NCBI GenBank assembly: GCA_036493835.1
Contig: DASXPD010000129.1
Location: forward strand, 7,466 to 71,465
Source of the DNA: Candidatus Acidiferrum sp.
Lineage (GTDB): Bacteria; Acidobacteriota; Terriglobia; Acidiferrales; UBA7541
Length of the DNA: 64,000 bases
Reading direction: 5' to 3'
The position numbers and the translations under genes are program-made. Positions 1 through 9,269 of the stretch are shown piece by piece (within the stretch, counting starts at the first letter, position 1; every line of letters starts with the position of its first letter). The notes beneath the pieces are model-generated. The model saw nothing but the letters and a program-made list of their open reading frames with translations. It had not been told where the DNA came from and made no database searches.

Positions 1-348
1 ATACACCCCACCCATGAGCAGATAGACGCGGAAGGTTCACTTCCGTTTTGTTTAGGAATACGAAAAGTTTAGGGAAAGGTTTCCCGTAAAGCGAAGAAAG
101 ACAAAGTAGTTACAGAAATTAAGATAAGTATATAAACGGGCTACGGAAATTAAGATAAGAGGGAGCGGTTCGAAACGTTACAGGGATGTGACGGGGACGG
201 TAGGTTCAAGACGAGTGATGAATGTCCCGAAGATATGTGGCCGTCCGACCGTCCATATATATTGACGCTCATTTGGCCCGGACGGTGCTTTCCTTTCGAA
301 AAAACTCCGTCTAACACCAGCAAGTTTGTCTACTGCGTACGGAGAATA

Positions 349-1332
349 ATGATGAAAACCTGGCGAGGCGTGATTTTGGCGCTGGTGTTTGGATTTTGTG
401 TGGTCGGAGTGGGGAGTGCGGAGGCTGCGGGCAAGGACGGAGTGGCAGGCTTCGCCGGTCGAACGGCGGCACGGGCTGAAGATACGGCTGCGGAGCAGGC
501 CAATGCCGCCTGGGAAGCGAAGGATTGGGAGCGCGCGGCGAAATTGTACGACGAGCTTTCGAAGCAGAAGGATGCGCCCCCGCGGGTGTGGTTGCGGCTA
601 GGAGCTTCGTTGCGCGCGCTGGGGAAATACGATCAGGCGCTGGCGGCGTTTCAGAAAGCGACCGAACTGGGAGCGGGTACATTTGCGGAGTATGGAAAGG
701 CCGCAACGTACGTGGGAATGAAAGATACGGACAAAGCATTTACGGCGCTGGCGGCCGCGCTGCAGCAAGGATACAACGACCCAACGGCGCTAAGCGCCGA
801 TCCGAATTTGCAGCCGCTGCACGGAGATGCGCGTTTCGAAAAATTGGTGGAACAGGCAAAACAAAACGCGCGGCCTTGCGCGTACACGAAAGAAAATCGG
901 CAGCTGGATTTCTGGCTGGGCGAATGGGTTGTGAGCACGACGCAGGGCGCGGTGCCGGCGGGAACGAGCAAGATCGAACTGATTCTGGAAGATTGCGTCG
1001 TGCAGGAAAATTGGAAGAGCATGGCGTCGCCATATTCCGGGAAGAGCTACAACATCTATGACGCGGCGTCGAAGCGGTGGGAACAATATTGGGTCGATAA
1101 CGTCGGCGGAAATATTTTCTTTCATGGAGAGCTGGCAAAAGACGGCGTGATGGATTATTGGACGGATGATATTCCGCAGACCGGCGGACCGGCGCTGCGG
1201 AGGCATTTGCAATTTATTCCGCTGGGCGCGGACAAGGTGCGGCAATTCAGTCGCGGGTCGACGGATGGCGGGAAGACTTGGAATGTGGAGTATGACTTCA
1301 CCTATATAAGGAAGGCGAAGAGCGGAAGCTGA
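349..1332 (+). CDS. Secreted TPR-repeat protein with C-terminal beta-rich (DUF1579-like) domain
   Basis: ATG at 349 after GGAG; signal-peptide-like N-terminus; TPR helices (WERAAKLY, YDQALAAFQKA); C-terminal RQLDFWLGEW...WEQYWVDN...DGGKTW pattern. Confidence 0.75.
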   Translation: MMKTWRGVILALVFGFCVVGVGSAEAAGKDGVAGFAGRTAARAEDTAAEQANAAWEAKDWERAAKLYDELSKQKDAPPRVWLRLGASLRALGKYDQALAAFQKATELGAGTFAEYGKAATYVGMKDTDKAFTALAAALQQGYNDPTALSADPNLQPLHGDARFEKLVEQAKQNARPCAYTKENRQLDFWLGEWVVSTTQGAVPAGTSKIELILEDCVVQENWKSMASPYSGKSYNIYDAASKRWEQYWVDNVGGNIFFHGELAKDGVMDYWTDDIPQTGGPALRRHLQFIPLGADKVRQFSRGSTDGGKTWNVEYDFTYIRKAKSGS

Positions 1333-1389
1333 GCTGAGGGATCACGGCTGGGCAAGTTGGGCGCAGCACATCTACGCCCGTACGTGGAG

Positions 1390-3357
1390 CTAGTTTGCGG
1401 CCGCCGCTGTGTCTGCTGATCCGTTTGGCAATACCGACATTTCGATGTGCGACGGATATTGGCTCGAGCGATAGATGCGCTGGGTCGCCTTCTGATAGTC
1501 CGAAGCTTTTGCTTCGAAAATGTTGGGCACGAATTTTTGCGGATTGCGATCGTAGAGCGGAAACCAGGTGCTCTGAACCTGCACCATGATGCGGTGACCC
1601 TTTTTGAAAACGTGGTTCGTGGTGTGCAAGTCGATGGTGAACGGCGTCACGGTATTCGGCGTGATCGGTTCGGGCTTTTCGAACGAGTTGCGATAGCGGC
1701 CGCGGAAAATTTCGTCAGCGATCATCAGTTCGAAACCGGAGAGCTTCCAATCCTGCGGCATGCTCTCGGGATAGACGTCGATTAATTTCACCACCCAGTC
1801 GGAGTCGGAGCCAGTGGTCGAGGCGAAAAGCTTGGCGGTGACTTGGCCGGCGAGCGTGACGTCGTCGGTGAGCCCGTCGGTCTGCCAGGTGAGCACGTCG
1901 GGCCGGTGATCGACGAAGCGTTGATCTTGCACGAGCCACGTGAACCAGCTGCCGGGGTGATCTTCAGGATAGGTCATATCGACGGGGCGATGGCGATTGG
2001 GCACCGGGTGCGCGGGATCGCTGACGTAAGTGTCAAAAGTGGCTTCGGAGGCGGATTTGCTATCAGCTCCGCTCGATGACTTTGCCGCTGGCGCGTTGAA
2101 GGACAGCCCGCCATCCTCCCTCATATATATGTTACGCGTTTGCGCCTGGCGCGGCGGCCAGGAATCGAATTGCGTCCATTTGTCGCTGCCCGTCTGAAAC
2201 GTGAGCGCTTCCTTGAGCGGCAACTGGCCTTTGTCTTTCAACCAATACGCGAACCACGGCGCTTCGATGTTTTGGCGAAAATAGACGCTGGTGTCGCTGC
2301 CGAACGGAATGTCGCCGAGCGAATTGCCGGCGCCGCGTCCCCAACCGCCGTGATTCCACGGGCCGGCGACGAAGTAGTTGAGATTTTTTGTGTCGACTTT
2401 CTCTAGGCGCTCGTAAGTTGCGGTCGGACCGTAAAAATCTTCCTGGTCCCACCAGCCGGCGACGTTGAGATTGGGGACGGTCGGCTGCTTGAGGCCGTAG
2501 GCGACCGCGTGATGCTTCCAGTAGTCGTCATAGCTGGGATGCGCGATGAAATCGTTCCACGTGGGAATTTTGTCGTGAAAATATTTTGCGTTCGCGTTCG
2601 AAAGCGGGCCGAGCCGGAGATACCAGTCGAAGAGATCGAAGCGATCGAACGGGAAGCTGTAATTTTCGGCGGAAGTTTCGAGGAGTGCGGCGTATTCGAA
2701 CGCGTAGCTGAGACGGAACGCTCCGTTGTGAAAGAAATCGTCGCCGAGATAGGTGTCGCCCATGCAGGCTTGCTCGGACGCGGCTTTCAGTGCGGGATGT
2801 GGATTGATCATGCCCATCGTGACGAGGTAGCCGTCGTAAGAGATGCCGTCCATGCCAACGCGGCCGTTGTTGTGCGGAATATTTTTGATGAGCCAGTCGA
2901 TCGTGTCGTAAGTGTCGGTGGCTTCGTCGATGCCTTTGGGATCGGTCGCGGGATCATGGACGGGATGCAGCATCACGAATTTGCCCTGCGAGCCGTAGCG
3001 GCCACGGATGTCCTGAAAGGCGAAGATGTAGCCTTCGGAGATCATTTCGTTGTAACGCGCGAGCATGCTGCTGTAGCCGCCGGGAGTTGCGCTGGAGATT
3101 CCGTAGGGGGTGCGTTCGAAAAGAATGGGGAGCGCGGCGTCGACATTTTTTGGGACGTAGATTTCGGTGTGGAGCTTTACGCCGTCGCGCGCCGGGATCA
3201 TGACCTCGATTTTGTCGAAGAGCGCGGTGTAGTCGCGAGAGGCTTGCTGAGCTTGCGTGGAGAAATGGCGCGAGGTGAGCGGGAAGAGGATTGCGGTGAG
3301 AGTTAGAGTCGCGATGAACAGAATGCGATGACGACGTTGGGTCAGACCTGGGATCAA
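1390..3357 (-). CDS. CocE/NonD family serine hydrolase (alpha-amino acid ester hydrolase-like), copy 1
   Basis: MIPARDGVKLHT, ERTPYG, QDIRGRYGS, nucleophile GISYDG, GWWDQED, GPWNHGGW, C-terminal PepX-like domain. Confidence 0.92.
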   Translation of the reverse strand: MIPGLTQRRHRILFIATLTLTAILFPLTSRHFSTQAQQASRDYTALFDKIEVMIPARDGVKLHTEIYVPKNVDAALPILFERTPYGISSATPGGYSSMLARYNEMISEGYIFAFQDIRGRYGSQGKFVMLHPVHDPATDPKGIDEATDTYDTIDWLIKNIPHNNGRVGMDGISYDGYLVTMGMINPHPALKAASEQACMGDTYLGDDFFHNGAFRLSYAFEYAALLETSAENYSFPFDRFDLFDWYLRLGPLSNANAKYFHDKIPTWNDFIAHPSYDDYWKHHAVAYGLKQPTVPNLNVAGWWDQEDFYGPTATYERLEKVDTKNLNYFVAGPWNHGGWGRGAGNSLGDIPFGSDTSVYFRQNIEAPWFAYWLKDKGQLPLKEALTFQTGSDKWTQFDSWPPRQAQTRNIYMREDGGLSFNAPAAKSSSGADSKSASEATFDTYVSDPAHPVPNRHRPVDMTYPEDHPGSWFTWLVQDQRFVDHRPDVLTWQTDGLTDDVTLAGQVTAKLFASTTGSDSDWVVKLIDVYPESMPQDWKLSGFELMIADEIFRGRYRNSFEKPEPITPNTVTPFTIDLHTTNHVFKKGHRIMVQVQSTWFPLYDRNPQKFVPNIFEAKASDYQKATQRIYRSSQYPSHIEMSVLPNGSADTAAAAN

Positions 3358-5306
3358 TTCATGGCTCCTGAGGATGCGGATGCTGTCGACGCGGTCGCGG
3401 GAAGGATGCTGATCGCCACGCTCGACGGATATTTTTGCGAGCGATAGATGCGCTGCGTCGCCGACTGAAAGTCGGATTCCTTCGCTTCAAAAATATTCGG
3501 CACAAATTTTTGCGGGTTGCGATCGATCAATGGGAACCAGGTGCTTTGTACTTGCACCATGATGCGATGCCCCTTTTTGAAGACATGGTTGGCCGTGTGC
3601 AGATCGACGGTAAACGGCGTGACGGTGTTCGGCTTGATCGGCTCAGGCTTTTCGAACGAATTGCGGAAGCGCCCGCGAAAGACTTCGTCGGCAATCATCA
3701 ACTCGTAGCCGGACAGCTTCCAGTCCTGCGGCATCGATTCGGGATAGACGTCGATGAGCTTGACGATCCAGTCGGCATCGCTGCCGGTCGTCGATGCGAA
3801 AAGTTTTGCGGTGACCTGGCCGGCGAGGGTGACGTCGTCGGTGAGCGTGTCGGTTTGCCAGGTCAGCACGTCGGGACGGCGATCGACGAAGCGCTGATCT
3901 TGCACCAACCACGTGAACCAGCTGCCTGGATGATCTTCCGGATAAGTCATGTCGATGGGGCGCTGGCGGTACGGAACCGGATGCGCGGGATCGCTGACGT
4001 AGGAATCGAAGGCAGCATCGTCCGATTTTCCGGTTACAGACGACGGCGCATCGAAAGAGAGCTTTCCGTCTTCACGGAAATAAAGGTTGCGCGTTTGCGC
4101 TTCACGTGGCGGCCACGCGGTGAAGGAAGACCACGTTTCGCTACCCGTCTGGTAGAGCGTCGCTTCTTTCACGGGAAGCGTGCCTTTGTCCTTCAGCCAG
4201 TACGCAAACCACGGCGCTTCAATTTTCTGGCGGAAATACAGCGCGGTGTCGTTGCCGAAAGGAATTGCCCCAAGAGAATTGCCTTTCCCGCGCGCCCACC
4301 CGCCGTGATTCCACGGACCGGCGACGAGAAAATTGAGATGGTTCGGGTCGTTTTTCTCCATCAGCTCGTAAATTTTCATCGGTCCGTAAAAATCTTCCTG
4401 GTCCCACCATCCCGCGACGTTCAGATTGGGCACTTTTGGTTTGGTAAGGATGTACGGCATCGCCTCTGACTTCCAGAATTCATCGTAGTTCGGGTGCGTG
4501 ACGAAGTTGGTCCACGTCGGAATCGATCCGTGCGTGTATTTCGCGTCGGCGTTCGAAAGCGGACCGAGCCGGAGATACCACTCGTAAGTGTCGAAGCGAT
4601 CGAAGGCGAACGCGAAGTTCGTCTTGTCGGTCTCCATCATCGTCGAATACTCGAATCCATAGCTAAGGCGGAACGCTCCGTTGTGATGGAAATCGTCGCC
4701 AAGAAACATGTCGGCGGGTGAAGCCTGCTCCGAAACGGCTTTCAACGCCGGGTGCGGATCGAGCATGCCCATCACGGCGAGCCAGCCGCCGTAAGATATG
4801 CCGAGTAAGCCCACTCGGCCGTTGTTGCGTGGAACATTTCTTACGAGCCAGTCGATCGTGTCGTAAGTATCGGTGCCTTCGTCGATCGATTTCGAATCCT
4901 TCGGATCGCGGACGGGACGCTGCATTACGAACTTGCCCTCTGAACCATATCGGCCGCGGATGTCCTGAAAAACGAAGATATAGCCTTCGGCGATCATCTC
5001 TTGGTACCGAAAGAGTTTCTCGCTGTATCCGTTTTTATCGTCACTGGTGCCATACGGCGTGCGCTCGAGGATGAATGGGAGCGAGCCGGTGGCGTTTTTG
5101 GGTGTATAGATTTCGGTGTGGAGTTTGATCCCATCGCGCGCTGGGATCATGACTTCGATTTTGTCGAAGAGTTTTGAATAGTCGACGTCGGGGCCCGCAT
5201 TCTCTTGCGCGGTCGCGCCGAGCGGCAGAGTCAGCGCCAGTGCCAACAGAATTGCGACGAAAGAAAATCGCAGCAACGAGCCAAGCTTGATGCGTGTCTG
5301 GTGCAT
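3354..5306 (-). CDS. CocE/NonD family serine hydrolase, copy 2
   Basis: Same motifs with GISYGG; start moved to ATG 5306 (MHQTRIK, signal peptide); overlaps copy 1 start by 4 bp. Confidence 0.92.
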   Translation of the reverse strand: MHQTRIKLGSLLRFSFVAILLALALTLPLGATAQENAGPDVDYSKLFDKIEVMIPARDGIKLHTEIYTPKNATGSLPFILERTPYGTSDDKNGYSEKLFRYQEMIAEGYIFVFQDIRGRYGSEGKFVMQRPVRDPKDSKSIDEGTDTYDTIDWLVRNVPRNNGRVGLLGISYGGWLAVMGMLDPHPALKAVSEQASPADMFLGDDFHHNGAFRLSYGFEYSTMMETDKTNFAFAFDRFDTYEWYLRLGPLSNADAKYTHGSIPTWTNFVTHPNYDEFWKSEAMPYILTKPKVPNLNVAGWWDQEDFYGPMKIYELMEKNDPNHLNFLVAGPWNHGGWARGKGNSLGAIPFGNDTALYFRQKIEAPWFAYWLKDKGTLPVKEATLYQTGSETWSSFTAWPPREAQTRNLYFREDGKLSFDAPSSVTGKSDDAAFDSYVSDPAHPVPYRQRPIDMTYPEDHPGSWFTWLVQDQRFVDRRPDVLTWQTDTLTDDVTLAGQVTAKLFASTTGSDADWIVKLIDVYPESMPQDWKLSGYELMIADEVFRGRFRNSFEKPEPIKPNTVTPFTVDLHTANHVFKKGHRIMVQVQSTWFPLIDRNPQKFVPNIFEAKESDFQSATQRIYRSQKYPSSVAISILPATASTASASSGAMN

Positions 5307-5335
5307 GCGCAGCTCCGCGTTCGGTCTCACGCGAT

Positions 5336-6340
5336 CTATCTCGCGATGGGCCCCGTCTTGATTCCATCTTTCAAATCGAAAATCGCGCCCACTGTGCCGA
5401 CAACACAGTTGTGCCGGCTGAGTCCCATCTTGCGCCGCAGAGCATAAACGCTTTCGATACCGGTGCAATGCGCGCCCATCAGTTGCGCGGTTTGAAATTC
5501 CTTCAACTTCCCAGCAGTCCAGTCGAGCGTTTCGTCGCTCGCGGCGTAAAGGTGAAATCCGCCGATCGCGGCGTCGACGGGAGCCGCCCGAACCTCTTTG
5601 CGCGCGTAAACCAACGTATTGATCAGTCCGGAATGGCCGCAGCCGGCGAGCAAGACGAGTCCGCGATCAGTATTGAACACGAGCGACTGATCGTCGGGAA
5701 CATTGTCCTCGACCCACTTGCCGTTTTCTTTGACTTCAATCCCGCCCGGATAATTTTTCTCGGGATAAACACGCGGCACCGGCCCGGTCAGCCAGATACC
5801 GGGGAAAATCTCGTCGACCTTGTCGTGCTCGATGAATTTCCCGCCCGTCGCCTCGTATTCCGCTTTCACCGCGATCATCGGATTCGTATCTTTGCCCCGC
5901 CGCTCGAGGAAAATTCCCTTCGCCACGTGCACGCGCGACAGCGCGGCCGGATTTTTCTTCGCGTATTCGCGCCGCAGCGTCATCAATCCGGTCGTGTGGT
6001 CGTCGTGAAAATGGCTGAGGACGACATCTTGCACGTCGCTCAAATCAATCTTGAGTTCCTGCGCGTTTCGGAGAACCGTGTCAGGATGCGCTCCGGTATC
6101 GAAGAGAATCTTGCGCCCGTCGGCTTCAACCAACGCCGAAAATCCCCATTCGCCGAGCCCATCATCGGCCAGCATCGTCGACAAAAGCGTAATTTTCAGC
6201 GTTTTGAGCTCTGCGTGGGAATCGGGAGCGGCGGCGCCGGCCGCATTCCGCGACCATGCCCGAGGCGGCGCCGCCGACACCGCGAAACACATGCAAAGAA
6301 CGAAGGCGGATACCCACGCCAAACAGCGTTTGCGGCCCAT
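5336..6340 (-). CDS. MBL-fold metallo-hydrolase, secreted
   Basis: GEWGFSALVE, ILFDTG, LSHFHDDHTTG, GCGHSG, IGGFHL, GAHCTG; start ATG 6340 with signal peptide. Confidence 0.88.
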   Translation of the reverse strand: MGRKRCLAWVSAFVLCMCFAVSAAPPRAWSRNAAGAAAPDSHAELKTLKITLLSTMLADDGLGEWGFSALVEADGRKILFDTGAHPDTVLRNAQELKIDLSDVQDVVLSHFHDDHTTGLMTLRREYAKKNPAALSRVHVAKGIFLERRGKDTNPMIAVKAEYEATGGKFIEHDKVDEIFPGIWLTGPVPRVYPEKNYPGGIEVKENGKWVEDNVPDDQSLVFNTDRGLVLLAGCGHSGLINTLVYARKEVRAAPVDAAIGGFHLYAASDETLDWTAGKLKEFQTAQLMGAHCTGIESVYALRRKMGLSRHNCVVGTVGAIFDLKDGIKTGPIAR

Positions 6341-6585
6341 ATTTAGGCTCCCCTGGGCAACTTCCCCGGCACACCGCGCACCACGTGAAAATTGTGCAAC
6401 ACAGCATACACTCGCTGGCCGCAAATCGCCGTGTCTGTTAAACTAGACCTTGCTCGACCGCACCTAGAGAAGAAGGAGATTCGTCCTGGCTGCTGGTTGT
6501 TTCAGCAGCTATTTTTGTATCTGCTGTCCGCCAGCGCCACGTAGCGCTTTCCCCATCGGAAGCAGCCACTTTGACGTCAATTAAA

Positions 6586-8421
6586 ATGAGCCAAGATATT
6601 CGAAATATTGCAATTATCGCGCACGTCGACCACGGCAAAACCACTCTGGTCGATGCCATGCTGCGACAGAGCGGCATCTTTCGCGCCAACCAGGAACTCG
6701 TCGAGCGCGTGATGGATTCCAACGATCTCGAACGCGAGCGCGGCATCACGATTCTCGCCAAGAACACGGCGCTCTTTTTCCACGACACGAAAATCAACAT
6801 CGTCGACACGCCCGGCCACAGCGATTTCGGCGGCGAAGTCGAGCGCGCATTGCGCATGGTCGACGGCGTGGTCGTCCTCGTCGACGCCAGCGAAGGTCCG
6901 CTGCCGCAGACGCGCTACGTTTTGCAGAAAGCGCTCGCTGCAAAGCTGCCTCCCGTCATCGTGCTGAACAAGATCGATCGCGTTGATGCGCGCGCGGCCG
7001 AAGTCCTCGACGAAATCTACGATCTCTTCATCGATCTCGATGCCACCGAAGATCAACTCGATTTCCCCGTCGTCTATACCAACGCGCGCGACGGCGTGGC
7101 CTATCGCAAGATCGGCGACGATTCGAAAGATTTGCTTCCGCTGTTCGAAGCCATCGTGAAAGCCATTCCTCCGCCGCCGGGCGATCCCGAAGGTACGCTG
7201 CAGATCCAGGTGATGAACCTCGACTACAGCGAATTTCTGGGACGTATCGCGATCGGCCGCGTGTTCAACGGCACCATCAAGCGCGGATCCGATGTTGGCA
7301 TCAGCAAGCTCGACGGCAAGCTCGTCACGACGCGCATCACCAAGCTCTATACGTTCCGCGGACTCGAACGCGATGAAGCCGAAAGCGTCGTCGCGGGAGA
7401 CCTCGTCGCCATCGCCGGCGTTGAAGGCATCCAGATGGGCGAGAGCATCACCGACCCCAACGATCCGAAGCCGCTGGAGCCGTTGCAAATCGACGAGCCG
7501 ACGCTGGCGATGATTTTCACCGTAAACAGCAGCCCCCTGTCTGGCAGAGAAGGCAGCTATCTGACGTCGCGCGACCTGCGCGACCGTTTGCAGAAAGAAT
7601 TGCTCACCAACGTTTCGATTCGCGTCGAAGATACCGACACTCCGGAATCGTTTCGCGTGCTCGGCCGCGGCGAATTGCAGCTGGCGATTTTGATCGAGAC
7701 GATGCGCCGCGAAGGCTTCGAGCTGATGGTCGGAAAGCCGGAAATCGTGGTGCGCAGCGAAAACGGCAAGAAGCTTGAGCCGCTGGAACGGCTCGTCATC
7801 GACGTGCCCGAAAGCTTCATCGGCATCATTTTGGAAACGATCGGCTCGCGCCGCGGCGAAATGCTCAAGATGAGCAATCACAACTCCGGCCGTGTTCGCA
7901 TGGACTTCAAAATCCCGTCACGCGGGCTGATCGGTTTGCGCAGCCAGTTGCTCACCGACACGCGCGGCACCGCGCTGATTCACTCGATTTTCGACGGGTG
8001 GACGGATTACGCGGGAGAAATGGCGCTCCGCCCGACGGGCGCGCTCGTCGCGGATCGCTCTGGTCCATCGACAGCGTTTGCTCTGTGGAACATTCAGGAG
8101 CGCGGCGAACTCTTCATCGGCCCCGCGATCGAAGTTTACGAAGGCATGGTCATCGGTGAGAATTCGCGCGAGCAAGACATGGACGTAAACGTCTGCAAGG
8201 AAAAGAAGCAGACCAACATGCGTTCATCGAGCGCCGACGAAGCGATTCGCCTGATTCCGCATCGCGAGCTGAGCCTTGAGCAGGCGATCGAATTCATTGC
8301 CGACGACGAATTCGTCGAGATCACGCCGAAATCGATCCGCTTGCGCAAGAAAGTGTTGCAGGCCAACAAGCGCCCGCGCCGCTGGCAGGAAATTCGCGCT
8401 AGCCAGGAAACCACGAAGTAA
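6586..8421 (+). CDS. typA: Translational GTPase TypA/BipA
   Basis: [51 protein letters not shown]-terminal KKQTNMRSS. Confidence 0.97.
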   Translation: MSQDIRNIAIIAHVDHGKTTLVDAMLRQSGIFRANQELVERVMDSNDLERERGITILAKNTALFFHDTKINIVDTPGHSDFGGEVERALRMVDGVVVLVDASEGPLPQTRYVLQKALAAKLPPVIVLNKIDRVDARAAEVLDEIYDLFIDLDATEDQLDFPVVYTNARDGVAYRKIGDDSKDLLPLFEAIVKAIPPPPGDPEGTLQIQVMNLDYSEFLGRIAIGRVFNGTIKRGSDVGISKLDGKLVTTRITKLYTFRGLERDEAESVVAGDLVAIAGVEGIQMGESITDPNDPKPLEPLQIDEPTLAMIFTVNSSPLSGREGSYLTSRDLRDRLQKELLTNVSIRVEDTDTPESFRVLGRGELQLAILIETMRREGFELMVGKPEIVVRSENGKKLEPLERLVIDVPESFIGIILETIGSRRGEMLKMSNHNSGRVRMDFKIPSRGLIGLRSQLLTDTRGTALIHSIFDGWTDYAGEMALRPTGALVADRSGPSTAFALWNIQERGELFIGPAIEVYEGMVIGENSREQDMDVNVCKEKKQTNMRSSSADEAIRLIPHRELSLEQAIEFIADDEFVEITPKSIRLRKKVLQANKRPRRWQEIRASQETTK

Positions 8422-8629
8422 CGATCGGCAAGAATCGATCAATGTCTCCGAATGGGGTGCAGCTTTATCCTGAAGCCTTTGGCGGAAGGGTTGCTGCGCC
8501 CTCGCCTTTTTAAGTGACGCTCACGACGCAACCCGTAAACCACACACCACTGCCAACCTTCGCGCCGGGGGCTATTCCAAATTTGGGATTCGAATCAGAG
8601 GGGCGATTCTTGCTTGTGGCGGGAAACAA

Positions 8630-8650
8630 GGCCCGGCAATTCGCCGGGCC
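8630..8650. terminator. GC hairpin after typA, possible terminator
   Basis: GGCCCGGC-aattc-GCCGGGCC perfect 8-bp stem; weak U tract. Confidence 0.4.
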
Positions 8651-8771
8651 TCTATACATCTGATACGGTAACACAAAAGCTACCCCTTGTCAAGACCGAT
8701 TTTGAGCTCGCACGGCCCGGATGACCTGCGCCGGCGCTGCGCGGCGCGGCGTTGCCGCCGTAAAAATCCTC

Positions 8772-8828
8772 TTGACACTATATCGCGCCACGCTATAGTT
8801 GCATGCGATATAGCGGTCGACGTCATAG
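8772..8828 (+). promoter_or_regulatory. sigma70 promoter overlapped by putative PadR operators
   Basis: TTGACA(8772)-16-TATAGT(8794); CTATATCGC/GCGATATAG inverted repeat 8778-8813; CTATA-N11-TATAG units with 15-bp period. Confidence 0.7.
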
Positions 8829-8845
8829 CGTTTCGCCATCATCTC

Positions 8846-9205
8846 ATGCCAAAACTTGCCGAACCTTCCACTCCACTCACCCCCGCGATGTTCCACGTGC
8901 TCCTCGCCCTCGCCGGCGACGACCTGCACGGCTACGCCATCTTGAAAGACGTCGAGTTGCGCACCGACGGCGAGGTCAAACTCAGCACCGGCACGCTCTA
9001 CGGCATCATCAAGCGCCTGCTGAGCGACGGCCTGATCGTCGAACGACGCGAACGGCCATCAGCCGCGAACGATGACGAACGCCGCCGTTACTATCACCTG
9101 ACCGCCAAGGGACGCGAAGTGGCGGCCACCGAAGCCGAGCGCCTCGAAAAAGTGGTCGCACTCGCGCGCTCGCGCCGCCTGTTGAAGCGCACACAGACAG
9201 CCTGA
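8846..9205 (+). CDS. padR: PadR family transcriptional regulator
   Basis: HVLLALAGDDLHGYAI, GTLYGIIKRL, RRRYYHLTAKG; start ATG 8846. Confidence 0.93.
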   Translation: MPKLAEPSTPLTPAMFHVLLALAGDDLHGYAILKDVELRTDGEVKLSTGTLYGIIKRLLSDGLIVERRERPSAANDDERRRYYHLTAKGREVAATEAERLEKVVALARSRRLLKRTQTA

Positions 9206-9269
9206 CTCTCTTCGCACCAGGAATGAATCGCGAGGTCCCAGCAGATCCCGGCAGCATCATGAGGCACCC

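Noticed and set aside
1843-6346. Long + strand ORFs antisense to the CocE and MBL genes, and similar shadows opposite typA, thrS, pheT, gyrB and gyrA
   Set aside because: Antisense shadows expected from high GC and codon bias; no family motifs
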